Assembly: GCA_046758745.1 (NCBI GenBank)
Contig: JBHIAV010000003.1
Coordinates: 32,001 to 96,000, forward strand
Reading direction: 5' to 3'
Source: Gemmatimonadota bacterium
GTDB taxonomy: Bacteria; Gemmatimonadota; Gemmatimonadetes; Palauibacterales; Palauibacteraceae
Length of the DNA stretch: 64,000 bases
Position numbers and translations under genes: made by a program
The notes under the pieces: model-generated
Seen by the model: the letters and a program-made list of their open reading frames with translations, nothing else
Told to the model about the DNA's origin: nothing
Databases searched by the model: none
Shown here: in pieces, positions 38,327 through 47,627 of the stretch
How the letters are laid out: each line of letters begins with the position of its first letter
Numbering within the stretch: the first letter of the stretch is position 1

Positions 38327-41220
38327 TGCGGAACGCCAGTTCCCGCCCTCCGATCGCCCGGGTCGGCGCGGCTCGCGCCCTCATCGCCGGTCTCGGGCGC
38401 TCGCTGAGCGCCACCGCCGGAGCCGTTCTCCTCTCCTTGGTCGCGTGCGGGGCGGCGGCGGCTCAGGAAGCGGCCGTGGCCGATCCCGTCGCGGCGCTCG
38501 ACTCCCTGCTCCCGGTCGACCCCGACATCCTCACGGGCGTACTCGACAACGGAGTTCGCTACTACGTCCGCCGCAACGTGCGTCCGGAGGCGCGCGCCGA
38601 GCTTCGGCTGGTGGTGAACGCGGGATCCGTGCTGGAGGACGAGGACCAGCTGGGGCTCGCCCACTTCGTCGAGCACATGGCGTTCAACGGCACCGAGCGG
38701 TACCCGCGCCAGGCGCTGGTGAAATACCTGGAATCGATCGGCATGCGCTTCGGAGCGGACCTAAACGCGTTCACGAGCTTCGACGAGACGGTGTACATGC
38801 TCACCGTCCCGACCGACAGCGCCGGCCTCCTGGAGCGAGCGATCGACATCCTGACCGAGTGGGCGGGTCGGCAGGCGTTCGATGCGGAGGAGATCGACCG
38901 GGAGCGCGGGGTGGTGATCGAGGAGTGGCGGCTCGGCCGCGGAGCCTTCGCCCGCATGCTCGACGAGCAGCTCCCCATCATCCTCAAGGATTCGCGCTAC
39001 GCCGAACGGCTCCCGATCGGGAAGAAGGAGGTGCTGGAGGGCTTCGACCACGCCACACTGCGGCGCTACTACGCCGACTGGTATCGGCCGGAGCTGATGG
39101 CGGTGGTGGCGGTGGGCGATTTCGATCCGGAACGGGTGGAGGCGGTCATCCGGGAGAGCTTCGCGGCACTGGAGCCGCGGCCCGACCCGCGAGCGCGCGA
39201 GCTGTTCGAGGTACCGGATCACGCGGAGCCCCTCTTCGCCATCGCCACCGACCCGGAGGCCCCCACCACGAGCGTGTCGGTCTATTACAAGCAGCCGATG
39301 CGAATCATGCGGACGGTCGGCGACTACCGGAGAAGCCTCGTCGAGGATCTGTTCAACGGGATGCTGAACCGACGTCTCGAGGAGATCGTCCGCCGGCAGG
39401 ACCCGCCCTTTCTCACAGCGTCGTCCGGCCAGGGACGCCTGGTCCGCTCGAAGGAGGTGTACGCTCTCGGCGCGGCGGTCGAGGAGGGTGGGGTCGCCCG
39501 CGGGCTGGCCGCCCTCCTCGCGGAGGCGGAGCGAGTGGACCGGCACGGCTTCACGGCCTCGGAGTTCGAGCGGGCCAAGCGGAACCTCATCCGCTCCTGG
39601 GAGCGCGCCTACGCGGAACGGGAGAAGATGAACTCCACTGTCTTCGCCTCGGAGTTCGTCCGGGCCTACCTGGAGGAGGAGCCCGTGCCGGGGATCGCGT
39701 ACGAGTTCCAGCTGGTGAAGCGGCTCATACCCGGCATCGTTCTGGATGAGGTGAACCGCCTCGCCCGCGAGTGGATCACGAGAGAGAATCGGGTCGTCGT
39801 GGTGAGCGCCCCCGAGAAGGCGGAGAGCCCGGTCCCCTCCGAAGCGGAGCTCGCGGACATGTTCGACTCGGTGGCAGACGCCGCGATCGAGCCGTACGTG
39901 GACGAGGTGACCGATCTCCCTCTGGTGGCGGCCGCCCCGCCGCCCGCCAGGATCGCCGAGGAGCGAAGCATCGAGGAGATCGGAGTCACCGAGTGGCGGC
40001 TCTCCAACGGCGTGCGGATCTTCCTGAAGCCCACCGACTTCAAGGACGATCAGATCCTCTTCCGGGCGTACAGCCCTGGGGGGAGCTCGCTCGCCCCCGA
40101 CGAGGAGTACGTGCCGGCCTCCACCGCGGCCACCGTGATCGCCCAGGGCGGCGTTGGTGAGTTCGATCGGGTGGCGCTCGAGAAGAAGCTGACGGGCAAA
40201 GCGGTCCAGGTCAGGCCGATCATCGGTGAGCTACGGGAGGGCCTCTCCGGAAGCGCCTCTCCGCAGGACATCGAGAGCCTTTTCCAGCTGGTATACCTCT
40301 ACTTCACCGCTCCGCGCGCCGACACGGCGGCCTTCACCTCCTTCCGCCAGAGGGTCCGCGCCTTTGTCGAGAATCGGGGGGCGAGCCCGGAGGCGGTCTT
40401 CCAGGACACCGTCACGGTGACGCTGGCCCAGCATCATCTGCGTGCGAGGCCGCTGACCCCGGAGCTGGTCGATGAGATGGATCTCGGGGAGTCGTTCAAC
40501 TTCTACCTCGACCGCTTCGCGGACGCCTCCGACTTCACCTTCGTGTTCGCCGGCAGCTTCGACCCCGACTCGCTCCGGCCGCTCGTGCGAACGTACCTCG
40601 GCGGCCTCCCCTCCGCGGCGCGAGAAGAGAGATGGCGCGACGTCGGGATCGACCCGCCGGTCGGCGTGGTGAAGAAGACCGTGCGCAAGGGGCTCGAACC
40701 CAAGAGCCAGACGGTCATCGTCTTCACGGGCCCGTTTGAGTTCTCGCGAGAGAGCGCGTTCGCGCTTGGGGCGATGGCCGAAGCGCTCGACATCGTGCTC
40801 CGCGAGACGCTCCGCGAGCAGCTCGGGGGAACGTACGGCGTGCAAGTCGGGGCCTCGGCTACGGGTGAGCCGAAGCCCCGATACTCCCTCCGGATCGCCT
40901 ACGGTGCCGATCCGCAGCGTCTTGCCGCGCTCGCCGAGGTGGCGTTCGAGCAGATCGCTCGCATGGCGGAGCGCGGTCCGCCGGAAGACGTGCTGGGACG
41001 CGTGAAGGAGCAGCTGCGACGGGGGCGGGAGACGGCGGAGCGGACGAACGGGTTCTGGGTCTCACAGATCGGGAATTACGACCGGAACGGGTGGGATCTC
41101 GGCTCGATCACGGCGTACGGGGATCTCGTCGACGCTCTCACCGTCGAGAGAGTGGCCGAGATGGCTCGCCTCCTGCGACCCGACAACTACGTGCAGGTTT
41201 CTCTATACCCGGAGGAATGA
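38326..41220 (+). CDS. M16 family zinc metallopeptidase (PqqL-like), exported
   Basis: LDNGVRYY, GLAHFVEHMAFNGT (HxxEH), NAFTSFDETVY, second half LSNGVR. Confidence 0.93.
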   Translation: MRNASSRPPIARVGAARALIAGLGRSLSATAGAVLLSLVACGAAAAQEAAVADPVAALDSLLPVDPDILTGVLDNGVRYYVRRNVRPEARAELRLVVNAGSVLEDEDQLGLAHFVEHMAFNGTERYPRQALVKYLESIGMRFGADLNAFTSFDETVYMLTVPTDSAGLLERAIDILTEWAGRQAFDAEEIDRERGVVIEEWRLGRGAFARMLDEQLPIILKDSRYAERLPIGKKEVLEGFDHATLRRYYADWYRPELMAVVAVGDFDPERVEAVIRESFAALEPRPDPRARELFEVPDHAEPLFAIATDPEAPTTSVSVYYKQPMRIMRTVGDYRRSLVEDLFNGMLNRRLEEIVRRQDPPFLTASSGQGRLVRSKEVYALGAAVEEGGVARGLAALLAEAERVDRHGFTASEFERAKRNLIRSWERAYAEREKMNSTVFASEFVRAYLEEEPVPGIAYEFQLVKRLIPGIVLDEVNRLAREWITRENRVVVVSAPEKAESPVPSEAELADMFDSVADAAIEPYVDEVTDLPLVAAAPPPARIAEERSIEEIGVTEWRLSNGVRIFLKPTDFKDDQILFRAYSPGGSSLAPDEEYVPASTAATVIAQGGVGEFDRVALEKKLTGKAVQVRPIIGELREGLSGSASPQDIESLFQLVYLYFTAPRADTAAFTSFRQRVRAFVENRGASPEAVFQDTVTVTLAQHHLRARPLTPELVDEMDLGESFNFYLDRFADASDFTFVFAGSFDPDSLRPLVRTYLGGLPSAAREERWRDVGIDPPVGVVKKTVRKGLEPKSQTVIVFTGPFEFSRESAFALGAMAEALDIVLRETLREQLGGTYGVQVGASATGEPKPRYSLRIAYGADPQRLAALAEVAFEQIARMAERGPPEDVLGRVKEQLRRGRETAERTNGFWVSQIGNYDRNGWDLGSITAYGDLVDALTVERVAEMARLLRPDNYVQVSLYPEE

Positions 41221-41588
41221 TGTCTCCCGACATCTACAAGTTCGTCCACATCCTCGGCATCCTTCTCGCCTTCACGGCGCTCGGCGCGGTGAGCCTCCAC
41301 GCCCTCAACGGTGGGAGCAGGGAGTCGAACCGATCCAGGAAGCTGGTAGCCTTCACCTTCGGGACGGGCATGCTCCTGCTCCTGGTCGGCGGTTTCGGGC
41401 AGCTGGCAAAGCTCGGCATGGGCGGCGGGCTGCCGGGGTGGGCGTGGGGAAAGCTCGCCATCTGGCTCGCCCTCGGCGCCCTCCTCATCCTTCCCTACCA
41501 CCGCCCGGATCTCGCGAGACTCACCTGGTTCGGGGCTCCCGCGCTCGGGGCTCTGGCCGCGTACCTCGCCCTAGACAAGCCGTTCTGA
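41217..41588 (+). CDS. 4-TM membrane protein (SirB/DUF2269-like)
   Basis: YKFVHILG, W..GKLAIW, terminal KPF. Confidence 0.7.
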   Translation: MMSPDIYKFVHILGILLAFTALGAVSLHALNGGSRESNRSRKLVAFTFGTGMLLLLVGGFGQLAKLGMGGGLPGWAWGKLAIWLALGALLILPYHRPDLARLTWFGAPALGALAAYLALDKPF

Positions 41589-41642
41589 GGGAGCCGTGAT
41601 CACGCGGCGGTCCACCAGCCTCCACGCGCCGGCGGGGCGGCC

Positions 41643-41807
41643 GTGACCCCGAAGCGGCTCACGGGAATCTTCCTGTATCCGTTGAAGTCCGCAGCCGGCA
41701 TCGCGGTGGACGCGTGGCCGGTGGACGAGTTCGGCCTGCGGGGAGATCGCCGGAGCGGGAAGGAGGCCGCCTCGCAACCGAGCCGACGCCGGAACCGGGA
41801 AGCATGA
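41643..41807 (+). pseudogene. truncated MOSC-domain (YcbX/mARC-like) gene remnant
   Basis: My translation MTPKRLTGIFLYPLKSAAGIAVDAWPVDEFGLRGDRR matches the MOSC N-terminal YPxKS..GL.xDRR motif; similarity then stops and the ORF ends after 54 aa. Confidence 0.72.
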
Positions 41808-42406
41808 GCTGGATCCGGAGCATCACGTACGGGGAGGCCACCGGGCGCCTCCGAAAGCTGTACGACCGGATCGGCGGCCCCGGGTCCATCGACAACATCC
41901 TGAAGGTGCACGGGCTCCGGCCACACACGCTCGAGGGGCACATGGCCCTGTACAAGAGCGTCCTGCACCACTCCGGAAACCGGCTCCCGCCATGGCTGCT
42001 CGAAGCCGTCGCGGTCTACGTGAGTCTCCTCAACCGCTGCGACTACTGCGTGGAACACCACTCGGCCGGTCTCCGACGGCTGCTGGGGGATGACCGCCGG
42101 ACCGAGTCTATCCTCGCGGCTCTGCGGGAGAGAGAGCCGGAGCGAGTCCTCGAGGGGGTCGAGCTCGCCGCCCTTTGCTATGCCGAGGCGCTGACGCGCG
42201 ATCCCGGCGCGCTCCGGGAGTCCGACCTCGAGGCGATGCGGGCGGTGGGGATGGACGACGGGATGATCCTCGAGGTGAACCAGGTCGCCAGCTATTTGGC
42301 CTACGCGAACCGCACCGTCCTGGGGCTGGGAGTCACCACGCGCGGCGACACGCTTGGCCTGGCGCCGCGCAGGGCGGACGACCCCGAAGACTGGCGGCAC
42401 GGCTGA
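41804..42406 (+). CDS. peroxidase-related AhpD/carboxymuconolactone decarboxylase family protein
   Basis: VSLLNRCDYCVEHH, ILEVNQVASYLAYANR..GLGV. Confidence 0.88.
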   Translation: MSWIRSITYGEATGRLRKLYDRIGGPGSIDNILKVHGLRPHTLEGHMALYKSVLHHSGNRLPPWLLEAVAVYVSLLNRCDYCVEHHSAGLRRLLGDDRRTESILAALREREPERVLEGVELAALCYAEALTRDPGALRESDLEAMRAVGMDDGMILEVNQVASYLAYANRTVLGLGVTTRGDTLGLAPRRADDPEDWRHG

Positions 42407-42440
42407 GGGGGCGCGTCGGCGCTCTCGGCCGCGGTCCGGC

Positions 42441-43214
42441 TCAGGCGCACGCCGGCGACGGCAGCTTGACCGGCCGCAGCATGTAGTTGCGATCCTCCAG
42501 GATCGCGCCGGTCGCCTCGAAATATTCTTCCCAGAAGTCCTTCACGCGCTGCGCGGCCTCCGTGTCGACGCGCGCGCCCACCACCACGATGCACAGCCCG
42601 GTGAGGTCGGGCAGCGTGCCCCCCGCCTTCTCGGTCGCCACCCAGTCGGGAGGTGGCATCTTCCGGAGCCCCTCCATGTCGATGGTGCGGTTCGATTGGA
42701 GCATGTCGGAGAAGATGTACAGCGTGGCTTCTCGGTTCGGCCACGCTCGAAGCTCGGCCGCCACGTCGTGCAGTGTCGAGAGGATGTCGGTACCGTCGAT
42801 GTGTTCCCTGTTCGCGGTATCGGTGAACGCCACCAGATAGTCCTGCGCATCCTTGAGGAAGCGCGCTCGGGTGATCGAGTCGCGGGCGAGCTCGAGTTGC
42901 TGCCACTGACGACGCGGCACGCTCTGGGCCCAGCGCTTCGGGGGCTCCTCGAGCGAGAGCTGAAGGAGCTGGAGGGCGGCGATCCGATCGTTGTGGGTGA
43001 GCTGGCCGATGCGCTCGTTCGTCAACTCCCGCGCCAGATCCAGCTGGTAGTCGTCGATGCTGGTAGAGCGGTCGTAGACGAAGATGACCAGCTCGGGCGG
43101 GCCCTCGGCGATCTCCGCTCCTCCCGCGGCGGATCCCTCCTGCGTGCAACCGGCGGCCAGCGGGGCCAGTGCAGCCACGCCGGCGATCCGGAGACGGAGC
43201 CCTCGGCGTCTCAC
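42441..43214 (-). CDS. lipoprotein with a vWA-like (MIDAS) domain
   Basis: Lipobox LAAGC; IFVYDRSTS (DxSxS), GTDIL, LYIFSDMLQ. Confidence 0.7.
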   Translation of the reverse strand: MRRRGLRLRIAGVAALAPLAAGCTQEGSAAGGAEIAEGPPELVIFVYDRSTSIDDYQLDLARELTNERIGQLTHNDRIAALQLLQLSLEEPPKRWAQSVPRRQWQQLELARDSITRARFLKDAQDYLVAFTDTANREHIDGTDILSTLHDVAAELRAWPNREATLYIFSDMLQSNRTIDMEGLRKMPPPDWVATEKAGGTLPDLTGLCIVVVGARVDTEAAQRVKDFWEEYFEATGAILEDRNYMLRPVKLPSPACA

Positions 43215-45022
43215 CAGACGGTCGCCTCCTTGATGAAGCGGGTGCGGATCGCCTCGAAGCGCTCTTCCAGCCTGTGTCGCTCCGCCTCGTACTCCTCCGG
43301 ATCACGCATCAACAGGGTGCGCGTCTCCTCCTCGGCGGCCTTGAGCTCCAGCTGAACGGGCTCCGCGAACGCCGGAATGGCACGGGGGTCCAGGCCCCGT
43401 GCCCGGCCGTTCTCCGCCCGAAACGTGGCGATCGCGGCCTCCAGCTCGTGCACCAGGGCCGGCCATTGCTTGAGCGGCCTCTCGGCCAGGAGGTTCTTGA
43501 GGTCGCGCGTGTGGTGCACGATCTCTGCCAGGAGTTCGGCGACCGCTCCGGCGGCTGCATCCCCGAGCTCGATGAGAGTCCGCCGTTCCCGCTCGAGCGG
43601 TCCTTCGTTGAACCGCTCGCGCCGCCGATCCCGCTGGTGGAAGTAGGAAGCCGAGATGGCGACGAGCACCAGCGTGGTGTTGAGGAGCAGGATGGGAAAG
43701 CTGAGCCCGCTCATCGACGCCGCGTACTCACGCTGTTCCGTAGCCAGGGCCTCCAAGTCGTCGGCTCGGTTGGCCTGCTCGTTTGCGGCCACCAGGTTGC
43801 CCTCCACGCGGAGCCAGCTCGCCGTCCTGCGGAGCTCCTCGATGACGGCGCTGTCCTGCTCGAAGCGGTTTTCCGCCACCTGGCCGAGCGTGACCCGCGC
43901 CTCGAACAGAACTCCGATGACCAGGGCCAGGCCGAGACCCGCAATGCCCATCGGCACGACGTGCTCGCGCGTCGAGCGCGGCGACACGGTCTCGCTTTCC
44001 CTCCCGGATCCTGTCTGGACCAGATAGGATCGCAGAGACTGCCCGAAGAAATGAGCGAGGACGCACAGGAACGTGACGACGCCGGCGGCGAGAAGGGCAG
44101 CGTCCGGGCGCAGTATGAACTGGGACACGACGCGAGCCGCCCCCGCCAGCCATCCCTCGCTCGTCTCGGCCACCAACCTGAGCTGTCGTTCCGTCAGGGG
44201 GTCGCGGGGAAGCAGGGCGCCGAACACCGGGGCGTTGGCCAGAAACTCCACCAGCCCAAGGAAGCCGATCGCCAGGGCATACCACCGTGTCCTGAAGCCT
44301 CGCTCCTCCTCGACCTCCGGCTTTTCGTCCGCTATTTCCTCGGCGATCAGCTCCTTCCGCGTCTCCCAACGTGCCTTCAGACGAAAGAGCTCATTCGTCG
44401 TTCGCTCGAACCGGTCGATTCCGAGACCCACGCGTCCCAGCTTCTCGGCCGTCGCCCGCTCGGTGCGGGCGACGAGCGAGTTGAGGCGATCCCGCTCCCG
44501 CGCCTGCCAGCCCTCGAAGAGGGCGGAGCACCGGTCACGCAGTTCCTGCTCGGACTCGGAGCGGCCGGACACGTCGGCGCTCGGCAGGCCGGCGTCGGCA
44601 TCCCGACGCGCCGTCTCGACCGCCTCGAGTCGGAGGCGGTGCAGCGCGACCGCGATGTCGTCCGCGAAGGTGGGCTTCGGTTCCTTTCGAGACGCTCCGG
44701 CGCGCTTCTCCTCGGAGGCCCGTTCCGGCTCCGAGAGGACGGTCGCGACCTCGGAAGCGGCCAGGGCGACCGCGGCCGGCCTAGTCGGGGCCGCTACCCG
44801 CCCCTGACCCGTCGGCTCGCCACCCTCGTGGGCCGCGCGCTCCACGACCTCCGACCAGCTCGAGGGGTCGGCGGGGGCCGACTCGTGCGAGGAACCCGGC
44901 TCGGGGATGCGATCGAGCCAGGACGGAATCTCTCTCTCTTCCCGGGCGCCCCGGCGCTCTCGCTCGCTGGCTCTCATCCTCTTGCCATCTCGACGGTCAC
45001 TCCTCGTCCAATCGCGTCCCAT
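43211..45022 (-). CDS. uncharacterised 4-TM inner-membrane protein with long coiled-coil regions
   Basis: Four hydrophobic segments flanked by Glu/Arg/Leu-rich helices; GGAGAGG RBS; GTGA overlap with the downstream lipoprotein gene. Confidence 0.75.
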   Translation of the reverse strand: MGRDWTRSDRRDGKRMRASERERRGAREEREIPSWLDRIPEPGSSHESAPADPSSWSEVVERAAHEGGEPTGQGRVAAPTRPAAVALAASEVATVLSEPERASEEKRAGASRKEPKPTFADDIAVALHRLRLEAVETARRDADAGLPSADVSGRSESEQELRDRCSALFEGWQARERDRLNSLVARTERATAEKLGRVGLGIDRFERTTNELFRLKARWETRKELIAEEIADEKPEVEEERGFRTRWYALAIGFLGLVEFLANAPVFGALLPRDPLTERQLRLVAETSEGWLAGAARVVSQFILRPDAALLAAGVVTFLCVLAHFFGQSLRSYLVQTGSGRESETVSPRSTREHVVPMGIAGLGLALVIGVLFEARVTLGQVAENRFEQDSAVIEELRRTASWLRVEGNLVAANEQANRADDLEALATEQREYAASMSGLSFPILLLNTTLVLVAISASYFHQRDRRRERFNEGPLERERRTLIELGDAAAGAVAELLAEIVHHTRDLKNLLAERPLKQWPALVHELEAAIATFRAENGRARGLDPRAIPAFAEPVQLELKAAEEETRTLLMRDPEEYEAERHRLEERFEAIRTRFIKEATVW

Positions 45023-45144
45023 GAAGCCTCTCCGCCTCGTTCGTCGCTCTCCTGGCGCGGTCGCGAAACCGCTGGAGGGCGCGGGGTCTTCGCATCAGGG
45101 CCACGGTCGGACCCTGCCGTGGTCAGCCGGAGAAACGACCGTTG

Positions 45145-45159
45145 GCAAGAAGGCTGCCA
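45145..45159 (-). promoter_or_regulatory. putative sigma-54 (-24/-12) promoter
   Basis: Minus strand TGGCAG-CCTTC-TTGC, exact spacing of the TGGCAC-N5-TTGC consensus, about 120 bp upstream of ATG 45022. Confidence 0.62.
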
Positions 45160-45405
45160 GACACGGCTCCCGGCGGGGACTCCTGCCACCGCCATGTAGC
45201 GCTGGGACTTAAGTTGAGTTTTTCCGGAGGCGCCGTACGGCATTCGTGGGAAAAGTTTTCCGAGCGACGAGCCAGGTAGCCTGCCCGCAATCGCCGATAC
45301 GAGACCGCCGGTAAGGGTAACCAGCGAAACGTGCGGGGAGATCACCCCCCTGAGGGGATGCCCGCTCCCCGCATCGCCGACATGGAGCGTGGCGCCACTC
45401 GGGGC

Positions 45406-45630
45406 TCAGCAGAGCCGCTCGCGGTGAATCTCGCGCGCCATCGCCTGGGCCGCTTCGGCCAGGGCCTTCTCGACCCGAAGCAGGGCGTGCTGCAGTATTC
45501 GGTCGACCTCCGCCTCGTTCTTCCGCGACATCGCCAGCCGCTCGGCCGACACCACGATCTCGTCGACCCTGGCCCGTACGTCGTTCTTGATGGCGTGGAG
45601 CAGAGCCTCGGTGGTCGGGCTGTACCCCAT
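45406..45630 (-). CDS. small helical hypothetical protein (74 aa)
   Basis: GGAGGAAAAC RBS before ATG; amphipathic helical pattern. Confidence 0.68.
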   Translation of the reverse strand: MGYSPTTEALLHAIKNDVRARVDEIVVSAERLAMSRKNEAEVDRILQHALLRVEKALAEAAQAMAREIHRERLC

Positions 45631-45686
45631 GTTTTCCTCCCGCGCAGCCGGGGCTTCAGGCCTCGGCCGTCCTGCACGCGCTCGAT

Positions 45687-45848
45687 TTATGTCCGTTTGT
45701 TCACGATCCGGCGCACCACCCACAGCCACAGGGCGAGCGAGGCCGCCACGAACACCAGCAGCTCGTGGGAGGCCAGGAAGTCGACCAGCATCTCCCAGGC
45801 CCGCTGCCACAGCGGAGTCGGATGCGTCGGATCGCTCTGGTACAGCAT
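45687..45848 (-). CDS. small single-TM hypothetical protein (53 aa)
   Basis: Purine-rich RBS; LLVFVAASLALWLWVV followed by RRIVNKR. Confidence 0.55.
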   Translation of the reverse strand: MLYQSDPTHPTPLWQRAWEMLVDFLASHELLVFVAASLALWLWVVRRIVNKRT

Positions 45849-46012
45849 TCTCTCTCTCTCGGGGTCCGGGAGAGTGGTCGGTGCGGTACCGCCGCTCAGA
45901 CCGATGGAGGCATCCCGGAGCGGGTGCACGCCGCCCGGGTGCCCCGGGTCCTTCGAGCGCCTCAGGAGGGCAAGGCCATGGCCAGGGGGGCGGGCTGTGT
46001 GCTTCCCTATTT

Positions 46013-46042
46013 ATTTTATTACTCTGCTTGCCGTTACGTCAT
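46013..46042 (-). promoter_or_regulatory. putative sigma-70 promoter in an AT-rich patch
   Basis: ATGACG-N18-TAAAAT upstream of the two small ORFs. Confidence 0.4.
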
Positions 46043-46380
46043 TTATCGGTCCCTGCTGTGGCGCCCGCGCCGCACCCTCCTGTGGACCGACCATGGCAAA
46101 AAGCGCGGCCCGGTTGCAGAACGGGACCGCGCATGGTGCGGCGCGTCGACCATCCGATTCCGGGGCGAGGAGCGCGGCGGCATCCCGCGCGGATGGACCG
46201 AGCGACGTTGAGGGGCCGTTGACGCCCGTCACGCACCGTCCCCCCGTGGGCCGAGGACGGAGAGAGGCGGCGTCCGCCGGCTCCGCCGTCGCACGGGTCG
46301 GGAGGCCGGGAGGAAGTGGAGTGAGGGAAAGAGCGGGTGCGAAGCGGCGGACGGTGCGAGGGAGGGATGCGGCTGTCGAT

Positions 46381-47493
46381 GTGCCGCCACCGTCGCGAGA
46401 TCGGGAGTCGCACGCCTGCGCGTGCGGGCGAGCGAGAGGCGTACCCCGCGGCTTCGCCCTCCCGACGACGCTCCTCGCCCTCATCGGCTTGACCGCCCTG
46501 GCCACGGCCGGTTTCCTGGTGTCCGCGTTCGAGCGCCGCATCAGCGAGGCGCATGCGACGAGCGTGAACGCCTTTCAGGCGGCCCGGGCGGGGCTCGAGA
46601 CTTTCCTCGGGGAGGAAGGGGAGCCCGAAGGGACGACGCGCACCTTCTCGTTCCCGGATGGATCGGCAGTGGTCACCGGAACCCGACTCCTGACCGTCGA
46701 CAGCGGTCGGGTCCTCCTCTTGGTCGCTTCCGACGGCTCGGCCGGTCCCTCGGCGCGGAGGGGGGCCCGTCGCTACGTGCGACTCGTCGCCCTGCTGCGC
46801 GATCGCTACCTGCGCCCGCCGGCCGCCCTCGCTTCGGCCGTCGGAATCACCGTGCCGGGAACTCCCGATGAGATCTCGGGCTTCGACGCCGCGGCACCAG
46901 GCGAATGCCCGGCGGCGCCGGCTCCCGCCACCGCGGGGATCGCGGTTCCAACAGGGGGCTACGAGAACCCCGGGGCCTCCACGGCCGCCGTCGGCTCCCC
47001 CGACATCCAGGAGGCGGGAAGCGCGATCGAGCTCTTCGCCGGAACGGGGCTCGACTGGCCGGCCCTCGCGCCTCTGCTTGCCTCCGAGGCCGAGGTCACC
47101 GTCATGGAGAACGAATGGCCGGATTTCTCGCTCGTCGGGCCGGGCCGGTGGCCCCTGATCGCCATACCAGCGAAGGAACTTTCGCTCGGGCCCGCGCACA
47201 GCGGCAACGGGACGATCGTCGCCCTCGGCGATCTCACGCTCGAGAGCGGGTTCGAGTGGAGGGGCGTGATCCTGGTCGGCGGGCGGCTCTCCCTCGAGGG
47301 ACCTGTCGTCCTCGAGGGAACGGCGGCCGGTGGGCTGAACGCTCTAGGCGGCGAGGTCACCGAACAGACGTGGATCGTCGGCGCGGGCGCCGTGATCCGC
47401 TATCAGTCCTGTGCCGTCGCGGCGGCTCTCGACGGCTGGCCGTTCGGCCTGGCCGAGGTGCCAGGCAGTCGGTACGAGTCATTCGGACCGTGA
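46381..47493 (+). CDS. PilX-like type IV minor pilin
   Basis: Prepilin motif RG/FALPTTLLALIGLTALATAG, AFQAARAGL, C-terminal beta-solenoid-like region; start uncertain (46321 or 46381). Confidence 0.72.
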   Translation: MPPPSRDRESHACACGRARGVPRGFALPTTLLALIGLTALATAGFLVSAFERRISEAHATSVNAFQAARAGLETFLGEEGEPEGTTRTFSFPDGSAVVTGTRLLTVDSGRVLLLVASDGSAGPSARRGARRYVRLVALLRDRYLRPPAALASAVGITVPGTPDEISGFDAAAPGECPAAPAPATAGIAVPTGGYENPGASTAAVGSPDIQEAGSAIELFAGTGLDWPALAPLLASEAEVTVMENEWPDFSLVGPGRWPLIAIPAKELSLGPAHSGNGTIVALGDLTLESGFEWRGVILVGGRLSLEGPVVLEGTAAGGLNALGGEVTEQTWIVGAGAVIRYQSCAVAAALDGWPFGLAEVPGSRYESFGP

Positions 47494-47627
47494 CCGAACG
47501 CCTCCCGGCGACCGGCCCGCCGATGTCACGGCTCGTCCCGCGCGTGGTGCCTGCGGCGAGCTCGGATCCTCCCGACCGGTCGCACGTGACGGAACCCCGC
47601 CTTCGCGAGCTCCACACGATCCGCCGG

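Noticed and set aside
45331-46320. 720-aa ORF implying a giant PilX
   Set aside because: The upstream part is antisense to two small genes and low-complexity; the prepilin motif marks the real N-terminal region.
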